From: Octopus sinensis
Taxonomy: Eukaryota
Direction: 5' to 3'
Length of the DNA stretch: 64,000 nucleotides
NCBI RefSeq assembly: GCF_006345805.1
Contig: NC_042998.1
Span: 80,476,001-80,540,000, forward strand
Every line of letters starts with the position of its first letter. The first letter of the stretch is position 1. This document shows positions 36,899-51,025 of the stretch, piece by piece. Position numbers and translations under genes: made by a program. The notes beneath the pieces are model-generated. The model searched no databases. It worked only from the letters and a program-made list of their open reading frames with translations, and was not told the DNA's origin.

Positions 36899-37914
36899 GA
36901 GGGAGAGAGAGAGAGAAGAATCAACACTTTATTTACTGACTCCAGAAGGACCATCATTATCATTGCCATTGTCGCTATTGTTATCGTGGTTGTCATCATC
37001 ATTCAATGTCTGTTTTCCATTCTGGCATAGATTTGACAGGATCTGACAAGCCACAAGAGTGCAGCAGGCCCTAGTGCCATCTTTGGCAGTTTTTCTACAG
37101 ATTTATTCCCTTCCTAATGCCAACCTTTTTTAGTGTGTGCTGGATGCCTTTTTTTTTTTTATATGACACTGGAAGTAACTTGCAAGACAAAGGAAAGAAA
37201 AAGGAAAGAGCCCCATTGATTGAATGGGAGGGTATTTGAGAAGGGGGAAGGGGTAGATTTATGCAAGATGTTGAAGGCTAAAGTGTAGAAAAAGGACAAA
37301 CATAGTATCTAACATGGCTACTCTGCATTATGCAAAGGTGAGTGAGAGTAGCTGGAAAGGAGATAAAGATGATGATGACAGGGTGCCAGAGCATACTCTC
37401 AAGACACAAGAAAGTAAGTATAAGAAAGAATATAATTTGGATCAGGAGGAAAGGAAAGGGTGGGTAATTTCATAAGAATGTGGGAGGTGAGTGACAGATT
37501 GTTAGAGATTGGGCTAGAGCCCAATGTAGTGGGTGATGAAAAAAACTGACCTCACTAATATTTGAACCCAAAGAGCCTGTGTGAATAATACAATGTAATC
37601 TACCTGACTCAACAATTCAACCAATTCACCTTAGTTATAACCCATAATGTATCGGGACTTTAATCATTATTGTTGGGTTCTCAATCTTGTACCACTGTGT
37701 AAATAAGTTGCGCTTGGGCACATTCCTTGTCATCACCATTTTAAAATCCACTTTATGGTCAAGATAAAGACCCCCTTCAGTCACAAATGACCATGGGATT
37801 GCACCTAGAAAGTTACCCTCTGAGGCACAAGTCTGGACAAGGTTGTTTATGGAAGACTTGCAATCACCCATACATACCAGCCTCCCCTCTCCACTCCACT
37901 GATGTTATCCAAAG

Positions 37915-38090
37915 GAAAGGCAAAAGCTGATACAGCTTGGCACCAGTGATACTGCAACTCATTTCTAGAGCTGAGTGAACTGGAGTGACATGAGATAAAG
38001 TGTCTTGTTCAAGAACACAACACACAGCCTGGTCCAGGAATCAAACTCACTACCTCATGACTGTGAGTCCAACACTCTAATCACTAAGAA
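37915..38090 (-). mobile_element. CORE-type SINE (third family)
   Basis: Minus reads CTTAGTGATTAGAGTGTTGGACTCAC..GAGTTTGATTCC..TGTGTTCTTGAACAAGACACTTTATCTC; related to the 35170 host SINE. Confidence 0.65.
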
Positions 38091-39228
38091 GACTTGATAA
38101 CCTAGTCTCTTTCAACAACTCAAAGACACAATGGCTCCACACATACATTATTAACAACATACAGTTCAAACATATATCAGTGAAACAGTCTTGTGAATAA
38201 CTCACTCTTTTTGGTGATGAACATCACATAACTAAAATTTTCAAAGTCACTACAAATATTAGCCCTTGTAATTTCTGATGATTTCTTACAATGACCCCTC
38301 ATATATATATAACATCACAAAAGCTACATCATAAAATTTATTCTTTTCTATAGGAAGAAAATATTTTAACTTCATCAATTGCTGACTCTCTTCATATTTC
38401 AAAAAGGTTCTACAATGAAGAACCACCCGAAACTAGGCTCTTTGGAAACAAACATCCTAGACAACATTAAAAAACAGAAGTAAACAACATTCAATGATAT
38501 ACAGATTCAATTATCAATATGCTACAACCTCTATCTAGCTCACAGCCATGCTGCTGCTGCTCTCTCTCTCTCTCTACTTCTTTTATGATAACTACAATGG
38601 TCTTTGCTCTTTTGAACCAGATAACTGCATACCCAACCCATCTAGACCCTCTCAGCACACCTGACTCTTCTCCTCCCATCACCTGAGAGCCTGTGAAGGT
38701 CATGGCCACTATCCTTCCTTCTTTGTCTAGTTTATAAATTATAAGGAGCATTGTCCCAATTGTGAAAGTAAAATCTAGTAAAAGGCAAACTTATGCATGG
38801 TATTATGTAGGATGCCTTTGGGGTGGGATTATTTTCTTGTCTAAAATGAAAACCCAGTCTTTGTGGTATACAACATTTATTATAGGGCTCATATCTATTG
38901 CTGTGATGAGAGGTCAGTGAGTGTAAATCTTTCTTGATAAGGTAATGGTTCTACTTGTATGTTAGAGTCATACAAATTATTGTTTAGTATCAGCTAAGCT
39001 CTGATTGAGTAGACCTATAAACAAAATCATTCCTGCCATGACCATCCTATTTAAAATATCAATATTTTGATTGTTTTAAACAATTAAAATATTAGATGAA
39101 TAAATAGGAGGTGGACACTTGGTTAAAATGAGAGTAGTCATCATACATTTCCTTTTCTTTTGAAAGTTTAAAGTGGACACACTTCATATTGACTGTTTTA
39201 GAATAAGGAAATTTGGGATGCTATAGAC

Positions 39229-42151
39229 CAGGGGTGGGCGAACTTTTTTGATTGCGGGCCGCACAGTGCGTCTTTGGAACCTTGGCGGGCCTCATTTATA
39301 AAAATCGAGTGAAAATATTTTTAAAGGCGGTTATAGACCTATAAACATTCAATTGATTGAAAGGAAATTTTGTGAAATATTCCTGGTTTAAGTGATTTAA
39401 TTTATTTTTTAGAGTATCGGGTTCATGTTTTTCAGTTATTTGCTCCTATAGTTGAAATTATTACAGGAACCTCGGTTATTTTGGACAGCCTGTTATTGCT
39501 TACAAATTGCCAGGAACGGAATTTTCCTAGTAAAATCTGCACTAATTGTGGACAACCACTTCTTAATATTATGGACAACCATGATGAATATTATACTTAA
39601 ATTCTAGGATACCCAAAATAAAAAATTTTAAAGAGAAATAACAGTTTATTAATATGAATTGATATCTGAAATTAGAAACGTCACCTGAAGCATTTATTTG
39701 AAAAACAAAGCGGCTCTGTAAATAACAATGTCAATGAGAATGATGCAGCTGACTACTGTCATTTACCAGTTTGTCAAAATTAGGTGTCAAGTTGCTTGTG
39801 CTGATTCTTAACACTGACTGAAGATTTGAGTCTGTGAGAAGTGATCGATTCTTCCCCTTGTTAATTTTCATGATGGAGAAAGTCTGCTCACATATGTAAG
39901 TTGATGCAAACAACACAAACATCTTTCTTGCAAATTTTTTTAGATTTTGAAACTTTTTTGAATGTAGAGAAGCATAAAACTCGACCAGTGGTTTACTTTC
40001 AAACATCATCTTTAAAGAATTGTCGGCTTGCAAATGAATCAGTTCTATCTGCAGTTCCTCGGTAGTTGTTTCAATGTCACAGGCAAGAGGTGAGTTAAGC
40101 AAATCGAACAGGCCTTCAACTGCCTTGAAATCAGCAAATCTTCTAATGAATTCCTTTTGTAAAGCCATCAACTGGGAACTGTACTTGTCCGATGATTCTT
40201 GTGTAACAGATTGTGTTTTCAGCAGAGGGAAGTGAATAAATTTTTGTTCATTCAGCTGCTTGGCAAAAAGTCCAAGCTTCCATTGAAAAGCTTTCACTTC
40301 CAGGTACAATTCATGAGCAAATATACCTTTGCCTTGCAGTTTTGTGTTAAGTTCATTCAGCTTCTGCATTATGTCCACAGCAAATGCAAAATCACAAACC
40401 CATTCGTCACTCTCCATTTCGTTTAAAAAGTCACAGGAGATGTCTTGCATTTTGAGAAACATAAGAATCTCTGCTTTGAGGTCCCATACTCTCTTAAGAA
40501 CTTTTCCAATGCTTAACCAGCGGACATTTGTGTAGTACAGCACATCGGTAAAATCAGCCTCCACATCCTCCAAGAAACTTCGGAATTGCCTGTGTTTCAA
40601 TCCCCGTGATCTTATTAAATTCACTGCATGCACCACAGGTTCGATGACATGTTTGAGTTTTAAAGATGACTTACAAAGGCTTTTTTGATGTATGATGCAG
40701 TGAAAAGACAACACACTGTGTAGTGGAAAATCTTCTTTGATTTTGTCATTCAACAACTTCACAAGGCTGGAATGTTTACCGGTGAGTGAAGGAGCTCCAT
40801 CGGTTGTAATGCTGGCCAGTTTATTTAGGGTTAATCCAGACCTGATTGAACTGTTAATGACACTGTTGAACAAATCTTTTCCAGTAGTAGTGTCTTTGAG
40901 AGACTCCATAGATAACAATTCCTCTGTAATTTCAAAGTTTTCGTCAATTCCTCTGATGTAGATGAGTAACTGAGCAGTATCCTGAATATCAGTACTCTCA
41001 TCTAAAGCAATAGAAAACCACTGAAATCGACCACTGGCTGTTAACAGCTGTTCATGAATATTCACGGCAATTACATCAATGCGACGAACAATAGTTCTTC
41101 GTGACGGAAATGGCTTCTACTTTTGACTTAACTTCAGGACACACAACGCTGACAGCATCAACCATACAATCTTTGATAAATTCTGCTTCTGCGAATGACT
41201 TGTTTTGCTTTGCAATTTTGTTGGCCAATATAAAACTTGCCTTTGTCGCGTTCCTTTGTAAAGAGGAAGTTTTATCAAACACATTTTGCTGTTGCTTCAA
41301 ACGTTTTGTCAGATCATTTGCTTTCTTTTGCAGTTCTTGTTTTGATAAATTGTGTCCAAAATTGATATGCTTCGTTTGAAAGTGGCGTTTCAAATTATAT
41401 TCCTTGAACACAGCAACTGTTTCAGAACAAATCAAACATGCAGCTTTTACTCCAACGTCGGTAAAGAAATACTTTTCAGTCCGATTTTCATTAAAAACAC
41501 GACATTCCTCTTCAATTTTTCACTTTTTAGATAGCTTCGAACAACTCATTTTGGGTAAATTTTATCAGACAACAAAAGCTAGTTTGAAACACTCGTGTCT
41601 GTACTAAATTCAAATAATCAATAGAGTGAATGATAACCAACCACAGCTCTGTGTCCAGAAAAAGCTGGTTCAAGCCCTTTTATTAACCTGGCCGGCTTCT
41701 TCATTGGAACGAAACGCATCGTCCATCATGCCCTCTTCACCATCTATCACGTGATTTATTTATTTGAATGTTTCAAGCATATCGATTGACTCGTTGTATT
41801 GCCACAATACTTGTTTCATTGTTCTATTAATTTTTGTTTTTGTAGGGTCTTACGAGAAAACACAGAAAAGATATCTTCACCCGGAAATGTGTTTTATTAT
41901 GATGTCATGGGAATATTTCTCGAAATTTTTCATCGCTTCACAATAGCTGAAACAAACAAACAGCAGACAATTTTGTGAAGGTGCGAAACAGTGAACTGAA
42001 ATAAAATGCAAACTATTGTGAATTACCGTACAACTGAAACAGTTACGAAGTATCTGCATAGAAGTTGGGATTCATAAAAGCTCTCGGCGGGCCGCATGAA
42101 AACCTATGGCGGGCCGCATGCAGCCCGCGGGCCGTAGTTTGCCCACCCCTG
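39229..42151 (-). mobile_element. Full-length hAT transposon, Buster/Charlie subfamily (2923 bp)
   Basis: TIRs CAGGGGTGGGC(G/A)AAC; perfect 8-bp TSD CTATAGAC (39221-39228, 42152-42159) with the central TA typical of Buster elements. Confidence 0.95.
39731..41549 (-). pseudogene. hAT transposase (~606 aa reconstructed) with one nonsense and one frameshift
   Basis: ATG 41549; BED-like CLIC..LKRHFQTKH; ALDESTD, TTDGA, HCIIH, VRWLS and CEQTFS all intact. TGA at codon 10 (41520-41522); apparent 2-nt deletion at about 41105. Confidence 0.92.
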
Positions 42152-43582
42152 CTATAGACTATATGTAAGTACATAGATTTATTGAAAGTAGGTGTAAACA
42201 GATATAAACCCCATTTCTTTTGTTAACAGTCCTGTAATTCTATAATATTAGTATTCTGAATATTTTGAGTCATGCTGGAAATAAATTTATGATATCCAAA
42301 ACTACAAAAATATATAACAATGAAGTTTAATGTAAAGATTCATTAGAAAAATGATTGATGAATAATATTATTTGACTATTAATATGGCCATTTATTAAGT
42401 TGATTATTATATTGTCATAATTATATAAGAAATATACAACTTCTTCAAGTTGTATGTACACAACTTGTTTGTAGATTTCCAGTCCATTCTGTATGATAAT
42501 AGTTTCATCTCTGAAACTGCTTGGAAGAAAGACAGAATAAAAAGTATGTATGAGACAGTAAGAGGTTTACCTTTGTATGTTGATCAAAATACTGAGATGA
42601 GTTGCTCTTTGATCATGGAATAGGTCAATCCAAAGAGGAAACTTGCTCCTCGGCCAGACCAGATGGCTGAAAGAGATCAACTGATATTTGCTTGTGTATT
42701 CATAATTTTTGTAATTTCATTTGGTCAACCAAAAAACCACAGGGTTCTATATCTGCTTTGACCTGTGAATGCCTTGGGAAAGGTCTGATAAATGAGTTCA
42801 TTCTCATTAATCTCTCAGTGCAAAAAGGCCAAAGAACTTCTTTGACCATGTGGAAAATTGTAGATTCGGTCTTGAATCCTAGCCGAGGTATTGTATAGCT
42901 GTCTGTTATAAATATTATTATTATTTATTTCCCTTTTTGTTCTACTATTCTCATTTGTTTTCTTTTTCTTTTTGTTATGGTATTTCCTAAATGTTTCACA
43001 AAGAGCATCTTTCTTAAATGCTAAAAGTTCATCAAATGAGAGAAACAGGTATATTTTTTCATTTGAAATCGAGAATCTGGGGAATCTTATCATAGGTTTG
43101 CACTGGTAAAAATAGTCCAGTAGAAGAAAATTATATCAAAAATAAAGTTGAGTATATTAAGCTGCGTTTTTTGTAATATTTGATAAAAGGTCGAGTATTG
43201 GTTAAAATAAATGTAGTTACTGTGGGGAAGGAAAGAGGTTTGATGTTTCGGGCTCAGTCACATGTTTCATCAAGGAAGAGAAAAAGAAAGAGTGGATTGG
43301 ATATCAGAGTTAAAATATTTGTTTATGTCTGTTTTCCAATGGGTTGGACAAATATGTATTGAGGCATTGTTTTATAGCAGATGATCTTTTTGTTGCTAAC
43401 CAATCTACTTTCAAGTTATGGATGTTTTCATTCCACTTGTTTTCAAAAGAGCAGAACTAAAGGACAAATTGTTAGGAAATTGTCATCAGATTTTGCTTAA
43501 TGGTTTTCATGCAAAGATGTGGAATGTGAATACACAAACTACACACACAATATGCTTCCTTACGATTTCTGTCAACTAATAT

Positions 43583-44035
43583 CGATTTCAAATTTTGGCA
43601 CAAGGCCAGCAATTTCGAGAGAGAGTATAAGTTGATTACATTGACCCCGGTACTCAACTGATAATTATTTTATTGACCCTGAAAGGATGAAAGGCAAAGC
43701 TGACCTCAATGGAATTTGAATTCAGAACATGAAGATGAACAAAATGCTGCTAAGCAGTATTCTCAGCATGCTAATGATTCTGCTGGCTCACTGCCGTCTG
43801 TCAACTAATATTACAAAGAAGGTGGTGAACTGGCAGAATCATTTGCATGCAAGGCAAACTGCATAGCAGCATTTCATCCATCTTTACATTCAGAGTCCAA
43901 ATTCTGCTGAAGTTGACTTTGCCTTTCATCGTTTTGGGGTTGATAAAAGAAGTACCAGTTGAACACTGAGATTGATGTAATCAACTTAACCCTCACCTGA
44001 AATTACTGGCCTTGTACCAAAATTTGAAGCCAATA
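43583..44035. mobile_element. Inverted (head-to-head) pair of SINE family B copies: 43583-43796(-) and about 43820-44035(+)
   Basis: The minus copy has a 15-bp TSD TCTGTCAACTAATAT (43568-43582, 43797-43811). Confidence 0.85.
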
Positions 44036-45559
44036 TTATTTACAAGGCACTGGTTGGCCTGACGCTTTAGTGAAAGATGCCCAAATGCCATGCTGTTAGC
44101 TGGAAGTTGAGACCATATGGTAACAAAGTAAGCTATGTATTCACAGTCATGCCCATAGCTATTCTATGTAAGTCTGTAACTTACAGAGTATGTGACCACC
44201 TGTTCTAATAGTAAGGTACATGATAGAATACTGTAGTATTGTTACGTAATATAACTGGGTATCAGAGTACTAAGTATGTTAAGTATTGAGTAGGAGGATG
44301 TGTGACTGGGTTTTGGAGTGCTTGGGCATATTACATTGTATTGGAGGACTAGGGCATTTAATAGTGTGCTGGGAGATATGTAATAGGATGTTAAGAATTA
44401 TGTGATAGAATATTGCAGTACTAGATTATGTGATAGAAGAATCCCTTAAAAAAGTAATTTAGTCAAGAGAGGACAAGATCTCCCATACTGGTGAGATTGA
44501 TTTGGCTAATACCCAGCCTGAATATCTGCAGGTAAGTGATTGAAGTTAAAATATGGACAGAACTGGACTCTTGGTTTGGTTTGAATGCTTTTAACAGTGT
44601 GACCTCTGTTAACAGTACATACGTACCAGGTAGCAATATGAAACTAGGTGGTGTGTTAAGTTTATCATCCACATTCCTAATTTTACAATATCACACTTTG
44701 TTTTGTGTATACTGTTAGCATACAAGCCAAACAACTCTAAGTTGTTTTATTTTACTTGGTTAATAATCAAACTGGTGATCTGGAGTCAATGCTTGCAACA
44801 GAGTAAACTATGCTAGAAGTACCTAAAGACCAGGTGGTTTGATTACCTTACCGCCAAGCCTGAATGATGCTTTTTATTTGCATATACAATGTTAACATTA
44901 AATTCCTAATACCTAAGAGGGAGTTATAAGTTTAGGTTATCCATTGCAAGTAGATCCACAGAATTAAAATTTAATATTTTATTTCAGATAATTTTTTTGG
45001 TTAATTGTTGCAGAATTTTATATATTTTAACATGGATTAAGAGATATACTGTGAATAATCTTGCGAAATAATTAGTCAAATGCCAAGAGTGATTTGCTCA
45101 GATCAAAGACTTTTATTGATAAATATATATTAAAACAAAAAACAAATAACACTATTTACTGGTACTGAAGAACTGGGTATGTTTAATAAACAAAAGAGCC
45201 AAGTTCCAGCCAAATCCTTGAGAATGATTTTTAACATTTTGATATTCACTTTTTCATGCTTGCATAAATCAGACAATTTGCTGAGGTGGGTTTTCTACAG
45301 CCAGATGCCCTTCTTCTTATCAACTTTCATCTGTTTCCAAATAACATAATATTTCTCCATGGCCAGATATGTTTTCATGGGAGACTGGAAATGAAGGATA
45401 TTACTTCTATGATGGTAACACTCATTTACAATTCTCCTGCAATGCCAAGGCAAGGAGACAATAATACACCTATATAGACAAGAGATGTAGTGGAATCACT
45501 CACAGACAATCTGAGAAAGTAAGCTTCATATGTGGTAGATTCACTGGAGTAGTACATAT

Positions 45560-46110
45560 GAGCACTCCTGAAATTGAGTCTCTTAAATGCCCAGATTGCA
45601 CATTAGAAGTAGTTCCTAGCTTTTGCTACCTAGGAGATGTAATTAGCAAGTGGGATAATTACTCTGTAAGTATAGTTGCTAAAGTAAGAACTGGTTGGAG
45701 AAAGTTCAGGGGGCTACTACCACTATTGACAGCAAAGATCTTTTCCCCAAGAGTGAAGGGCAGATTGTATGATACTTGTGTTAGAACTGCAATGCTGCAT
45801 GGGAGTGAGACATGGGCTTGAATGTAGAGGAATTAAGATAACTGGAAAAAAATGAAGTGAGCATGCTCCTTAGGATGTGCAATATATGTGTATGTGAAAG
45901 AATTAGTAGAAAGGTGCTGGGTACAAGAGAAATCAGATGTTGTGTTCAAGAAAGAAAACTGCTTTGGTTTGGACACGTAATGTGTATGGATGAAGACAGC
46001 TGTATAAAGAAATTCCATTTGCTTAATGTGGGTGGAACCCGTGGAAGAGGAAAATCCTGGAAGATATGGGATAAAGTGGTGAAAGCTGATCTCAGGATTC
46101 TAAATAACAA
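45560..46110 (+). mobile_element. RTE-clade LINE, RT C-terminal fragment
   Basis: LEVVPSFCYLGDVI..GWRKFRGLLPLL..KGRLYDTCVRTAMLHGSETW and RKLLWFGHVM..RGRGK..W motifs. Confidence 0.85.
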
Positions 46111-49100
46111 AAGATCAGAATCTCTGGTGATATGAGATTCTCAAAATAATGTGCCCTTCTCAGCAAAACTAAGTTCTGGAAACACTATGTTTTAGGTTCA
46201 ACTGTTAACAGTGACTCACCCCCTCTCCATGCATTATACCTGTCTCCACAGAATACCCAACCATATCATATCTCTCTTGTTCTCTCTCCACCAGCAACCA
46301 TATCATCTTTACTACTTGTGCTACTCATCACCCAAACTCTTCTGCATCCTTCCACCTTCCCTGGCTTATGGCTCTTGCTTCCCCCTTGAACCATTTTGGC
46401 AGTATGTTTCCCCACCTCTCATCCATCTTCCCATACACTTTTTTTTCTTTTCAGATTGACAAAATACTATATTGAATCAGTGAAAAGAAAAAGTTTCTTC
46501 ATGAAACATGACATAGCCCAAGATTTCTGAGATTTTGAAAATATAGCAAATCTTTAGAATATATAGCAGTATCTTCTTACTCAATATATAGACGATGACC
46601 TAATTACTGGAAATGACAAAAGCCTTGAAAAAATAAGAGGAATGAGTCATTAAATACAGTTTATTTTCAATAATTTTGTTGTATTATCTTTTTAAAGTCA
46701 AAATTTTAGATTAATACCTTCTTACAGGCATTTTGTACATCAAAACTATTACAAACCCAAATATATTTAGAAAACAAGAAAAAATCTTCATTTTCACTAG
46801 TAGTGATGAGGTTCATGTGTTTAAGAAATTAATGTATTAAATGACACCTGAATATTCAAGTTATGTCCCAATTCATTAATTATCCAAGTCAGTTGGTGAT
46901 TGGTGATGATAGAAAGGATGTTCAACTGTAGAGAAACTTTGAAATGAATTATGGAATATAGCAGAAATGAATATTATGATGTTTACATGTGCATGTGTGT
47001 GTGTGTGCACGTGTGTGTGTGTGTGTGAGAGAGAGAGCATAATACCTTGATATAATGAGGACTGAGATTCCTGCAGACAAGTAGTAGAAATCCTAGTTTG
47101 TAGAACCAATAGATATACATAAATGCATAACAATTGCTTCCTCGTTCTCTAATATAACCATTGAAGTGTTTCAGAATTGGTCTATGATAAATACAATGCC
47201 AATATACCAAGATGCTTTCTAAAGTGAGGTTAAACCTTGCACACAATCAATCCCACTCTCTGAACAACAATAATATACCTCAAAAAGAAGAACTAGTCAA
47301 CATTATTTGCTGCCATCAAGCTCCAGGTTTTCCTTCTCCATGAGTGATGTCCTAACAAGAACTCGGGGTCACTTACTCCAAGTAATGTGGTACACCATTC
47401 CTACATTCTTATTCTCACAGTTCTCCGCTGACTGAACCTGTTGTGCATGCCCATTGTTGAAAATGTGTCAATCTTCTGCACAACCACTGTGTTTTCTGTA
47501 CCCAAATCACCAGTTTGTCAATGATTGCTGCAGAAACTACTGCTGTCCCTGAGAAACAACAGGATTAAGCTTGTGTGCACAGTATTGGATGGCCACTGAC
47601 TTTGATAGGTTTTGTTTTACCTCCTGCAGGACGTCCAATCACCCTCCTTACTAAGGAAGCTCAGTAAGGTTGCCACTTTAGTCATCAATGACCTGACCAT
47701 TCAGCAGTTCGTATTGGATTACATGTTACCAGTGACACTCATTAGCGACTTGAGATACATATATATATACGTGTTTGTGTGTGCATGTGTGTCTGTAAAA
47801 GTGTTTTCATCATCATTATTGTTTTAATGTACTATTTTCCATGCCCGCACAGGTCAGAGAGACTTCAGTAAGGCGAATTTTCTAAGACCAGGTGCCCTGT
47901 TTCAAAGCAAAACAATATATGTCAGAACATGCCCTCAAGGGACATTGGGGTGATGAGAATAGGAAAGGTGATATAAAGGCTTTGGCCAAGCAGCTCGAAA
48001 CTGGCTGGTCCCACGATCCTGTCAGCTACTGGAAAGTAGTAGGAGTTCGCTTCCCTTGCTAGCAATGTATTGTATATATAAATGCAGAACTTGCACTGAA
48101 AACCAGCTGGCGGAGAATCCGCCTGGGGTTAAACTAGTAGTAACATTCATCTGCCACTTAGATGTGGCTACTCACTTTACTGCTTAACATTTATTCCATT
48201 TTACTAAAATTTGTGTACATTAATCTTTCGATTCAACTCTATATAAACAATTAGGTTTCTTATTTTTCTCTCATTTACTCATGAGTTCTCTTGATCAAAT
48301 TATTAAAATTTGATTAGACTAATTATTATAAAGTATGCTTTCTGATATCTGTTAAGTCATTGCGTAATTATAGTTATCCCCTCTGTCACATCACTAGCAA
48401 CTAGGTGGCACTCATTACATAGCTATAAAAAGACATGCACAGACATGTTACACTCTCTTTCTTCTCCTGTACACTACCTATGGTATTCTCCATCTCTGTA
48501 CCTGCTATGAGACAACTTCTTGTTGATTGAATTTTCTTCAGTCCCATTCACCAGTCATGAAATACGGCAAGACAAAAACATTCCCTTATTCAAATTCCAT
48601 TCAGTTCTATTGAATGATAATGTACAAGCTGTGTAAATACTCTCATTCTGTATCAGAATAAATTCCTCATGGCTTTACAATCTCACACGAGTTGTTGTTC
48701 CTCACTGGATTGATTCTATCAGCTATAGAAGAATGACCGAACATTATATTAAATTTGTGGGTTAAAAACCCACAAAAAGTATGGTCTGATTTACAATGAA
48801 TGTCTTACACTACCTTCTGTAATAACTGTTAGAACATCGGATAAAATGCCTTCCCTTTCTGAGTTCAAATGCTGCTTAGGTCAAAATTGCAATTTTATTC
48901 TTTTGGGCGTTAATAAAGTAAAGTTGCCTTCTTTACTTATATACCAATAATGTTACCTTCTTTCATGCAGGAATTTTTTGAAAGGAGGGCACAAGGTCAG
49001 AAGGGAATACAATTCTAGGAGAAAAGGGCATAATAACATTATTTAGGACGCACTTCTTTTCTTGAGTGGGACACATGCCCCTCAGACACCCATCTTTGGG

Positions 49101-50640
49101 TCCGCTCTTCATTGTAGTGAATGTTACAGAGTAGAGCCTATCTCTTCATCGGAATATTTTAACGATGAGTTGCAGTTCCTGATTTTGGGACATTGATAAC
49201 CTTAGCAAAGACATCAAAGTCTCAAACTCCCTTCCATTACCAGTTCTCTTATAAAAGAAAGTGACTGACGTATTAAGGTCAACTGTTCATATTTGTTCAC
49301 CAAAGCTGTATCATGTAGATAGCAAAGTCATTTTAATGGTCCAATCTACAAATGTGACCTGAAATTGTGACATCTGTAAGCAGCTGGAACACTATGTAAT
49401 TGATGTTTAGTCAGAATTCAGTGCTGTGTTTAAATCAACCCAATGGCAAGACTTACACTGCATGTTGGGCCTGTTGATCCCGTTGTGATTCCAAGCCAAT
49501 GTTGGAACCTACGAGATGGATAAAACGTTTAGAAATATCAACCAAATCTTGTTGAAATTGTTCACTACTGCCTTAAAAAGAGAGGAGTGAACAATGTACT
49601 CCAGAATAAACAATGCCAGAGAAAAGAACAGGATTGTCATATTTCGAAACCCCTGACTGTAGATCTACTCGGACTCAGGGTAAAGTATAACACTGGCTGA
49701 CTATTAAGACGACGAATATGCGACAGTGGCCGACTTACGACAGACACAACATAAGTCAGTAGTTGTTATTTAGCCAGCGGTCAACACTGATCAGCAGACC
49801 TACAATTACGAATCTTCCAGCTGTTACCACCCTATCTTTTTAGGCACACATTATCCAGTGTGTTATTCTCTTTTTTAAGATGGTTGGGTGTAGTTTGAGG
49901 GAGAATTCAGCTGTCGTTTGTTGTAAGTCATGCGACTGCGTTGCCATTCCTTTGTAGACCTGATAGTAGTGTTTTGTTTTGTTGTTGAATTTACATCGCT
50001 TATTAAAAGTCACTTTTTTTCCTCTATGAGGAAAAAAAATTAGAAACTGAACATCAACTGCTTGCATTCTAAGTACTTGCTTTGTAACAATTTATTTTCT
50101 TTAGTTTATGGCAAACAGATTCTCTTTGAGATGAACCAGATTGAACTCCTACATCTTGTAAGGAGCCTAAAAACACAGTTTAAGAAAAATAAGAGCCAAT
50201 CCATAGGAAATGAAATTGAAGACCTAATTTCAAGTTTCAATTGGAAGTGCATTCACGTAGGTTGTTAAGAATGAAAGGTTGTAGATTGGCAAAACCGTTA
50301 GGACGATAGCCAAGATGTTTCGTAATATTTTTCAATTCTTCACGTTCTGAGTTCAAATCCCACCGAGATCAACCTTGCCTTTCACCTTTTCGAGATCGAT
50401 AAAATAAAGTATCAGTCAAGTACTAGAGTCGGTTTAATCGACTATCTCTCTTTCCCTTAAACTTGTGGCTGTATTAAATACAATTATTCTGTGAATGAAA
50501 CTAAGAACGTTAAAATCTATATTCAATTATGTATGAAATCCACTGTGTGGTTTAAGACCCTAGGTCAATATTTTTTTTCTGATCAAAATGAAAATACCCT
50601 GTTTAGACAGCACGTTTTAAAGTTTTTTTTTGTGAATTTT

Positions 50641-51025
50641 CAGGCGTGGCTATGTGGTTAGAAGTTTGCTTCCCAACTACATGGTTCTGTGTTCTGTCCC
50701 ACTAAGTGGCACTTCGGGCAAATGCCTTCTTCTATAGCCCCGGGCGGATTGAAGCTTTGTGAGTGGATTTGGTTGACGGAAACTGAAAGAAGCCCATCGT
50801 AAATATATGTATATATTAGTGGAGATGTAGTACATCTTTAAGGTTATTTGTCCCTTACCATAGCTTGACGGCTGGTGTTGGTTTGTTTACGTCCCCGTAA
50901 ATTAGAAGTTCGACAAAAGAGAACGATGGAATAAGTACCAAGCTGTAAAGGAAATAAATGCTGCGGGATTTGCTCAAATCGATGTCTCAACATGACTACA
51001 GTCCAAGGACTGAAACAAAAAAGAT
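50641..51025 (+). mobile_element. SINE family A, near full length
   Basis: Matches the reverse complement of 19507-19891. Confidence 0.8.

Noticed and set aside
39731-41065. 444-aa ORF as a domesticated GTF2IRD2/ZBED-like host gene
   Set aside because: Intact TIRs, a perfect TSD and upstream disabling lesions show it is a transposon copy.
47300-47710. Possible retroelement coding relic on the minus strand
   Set aside because: No motif could be read convincingly in any frame.
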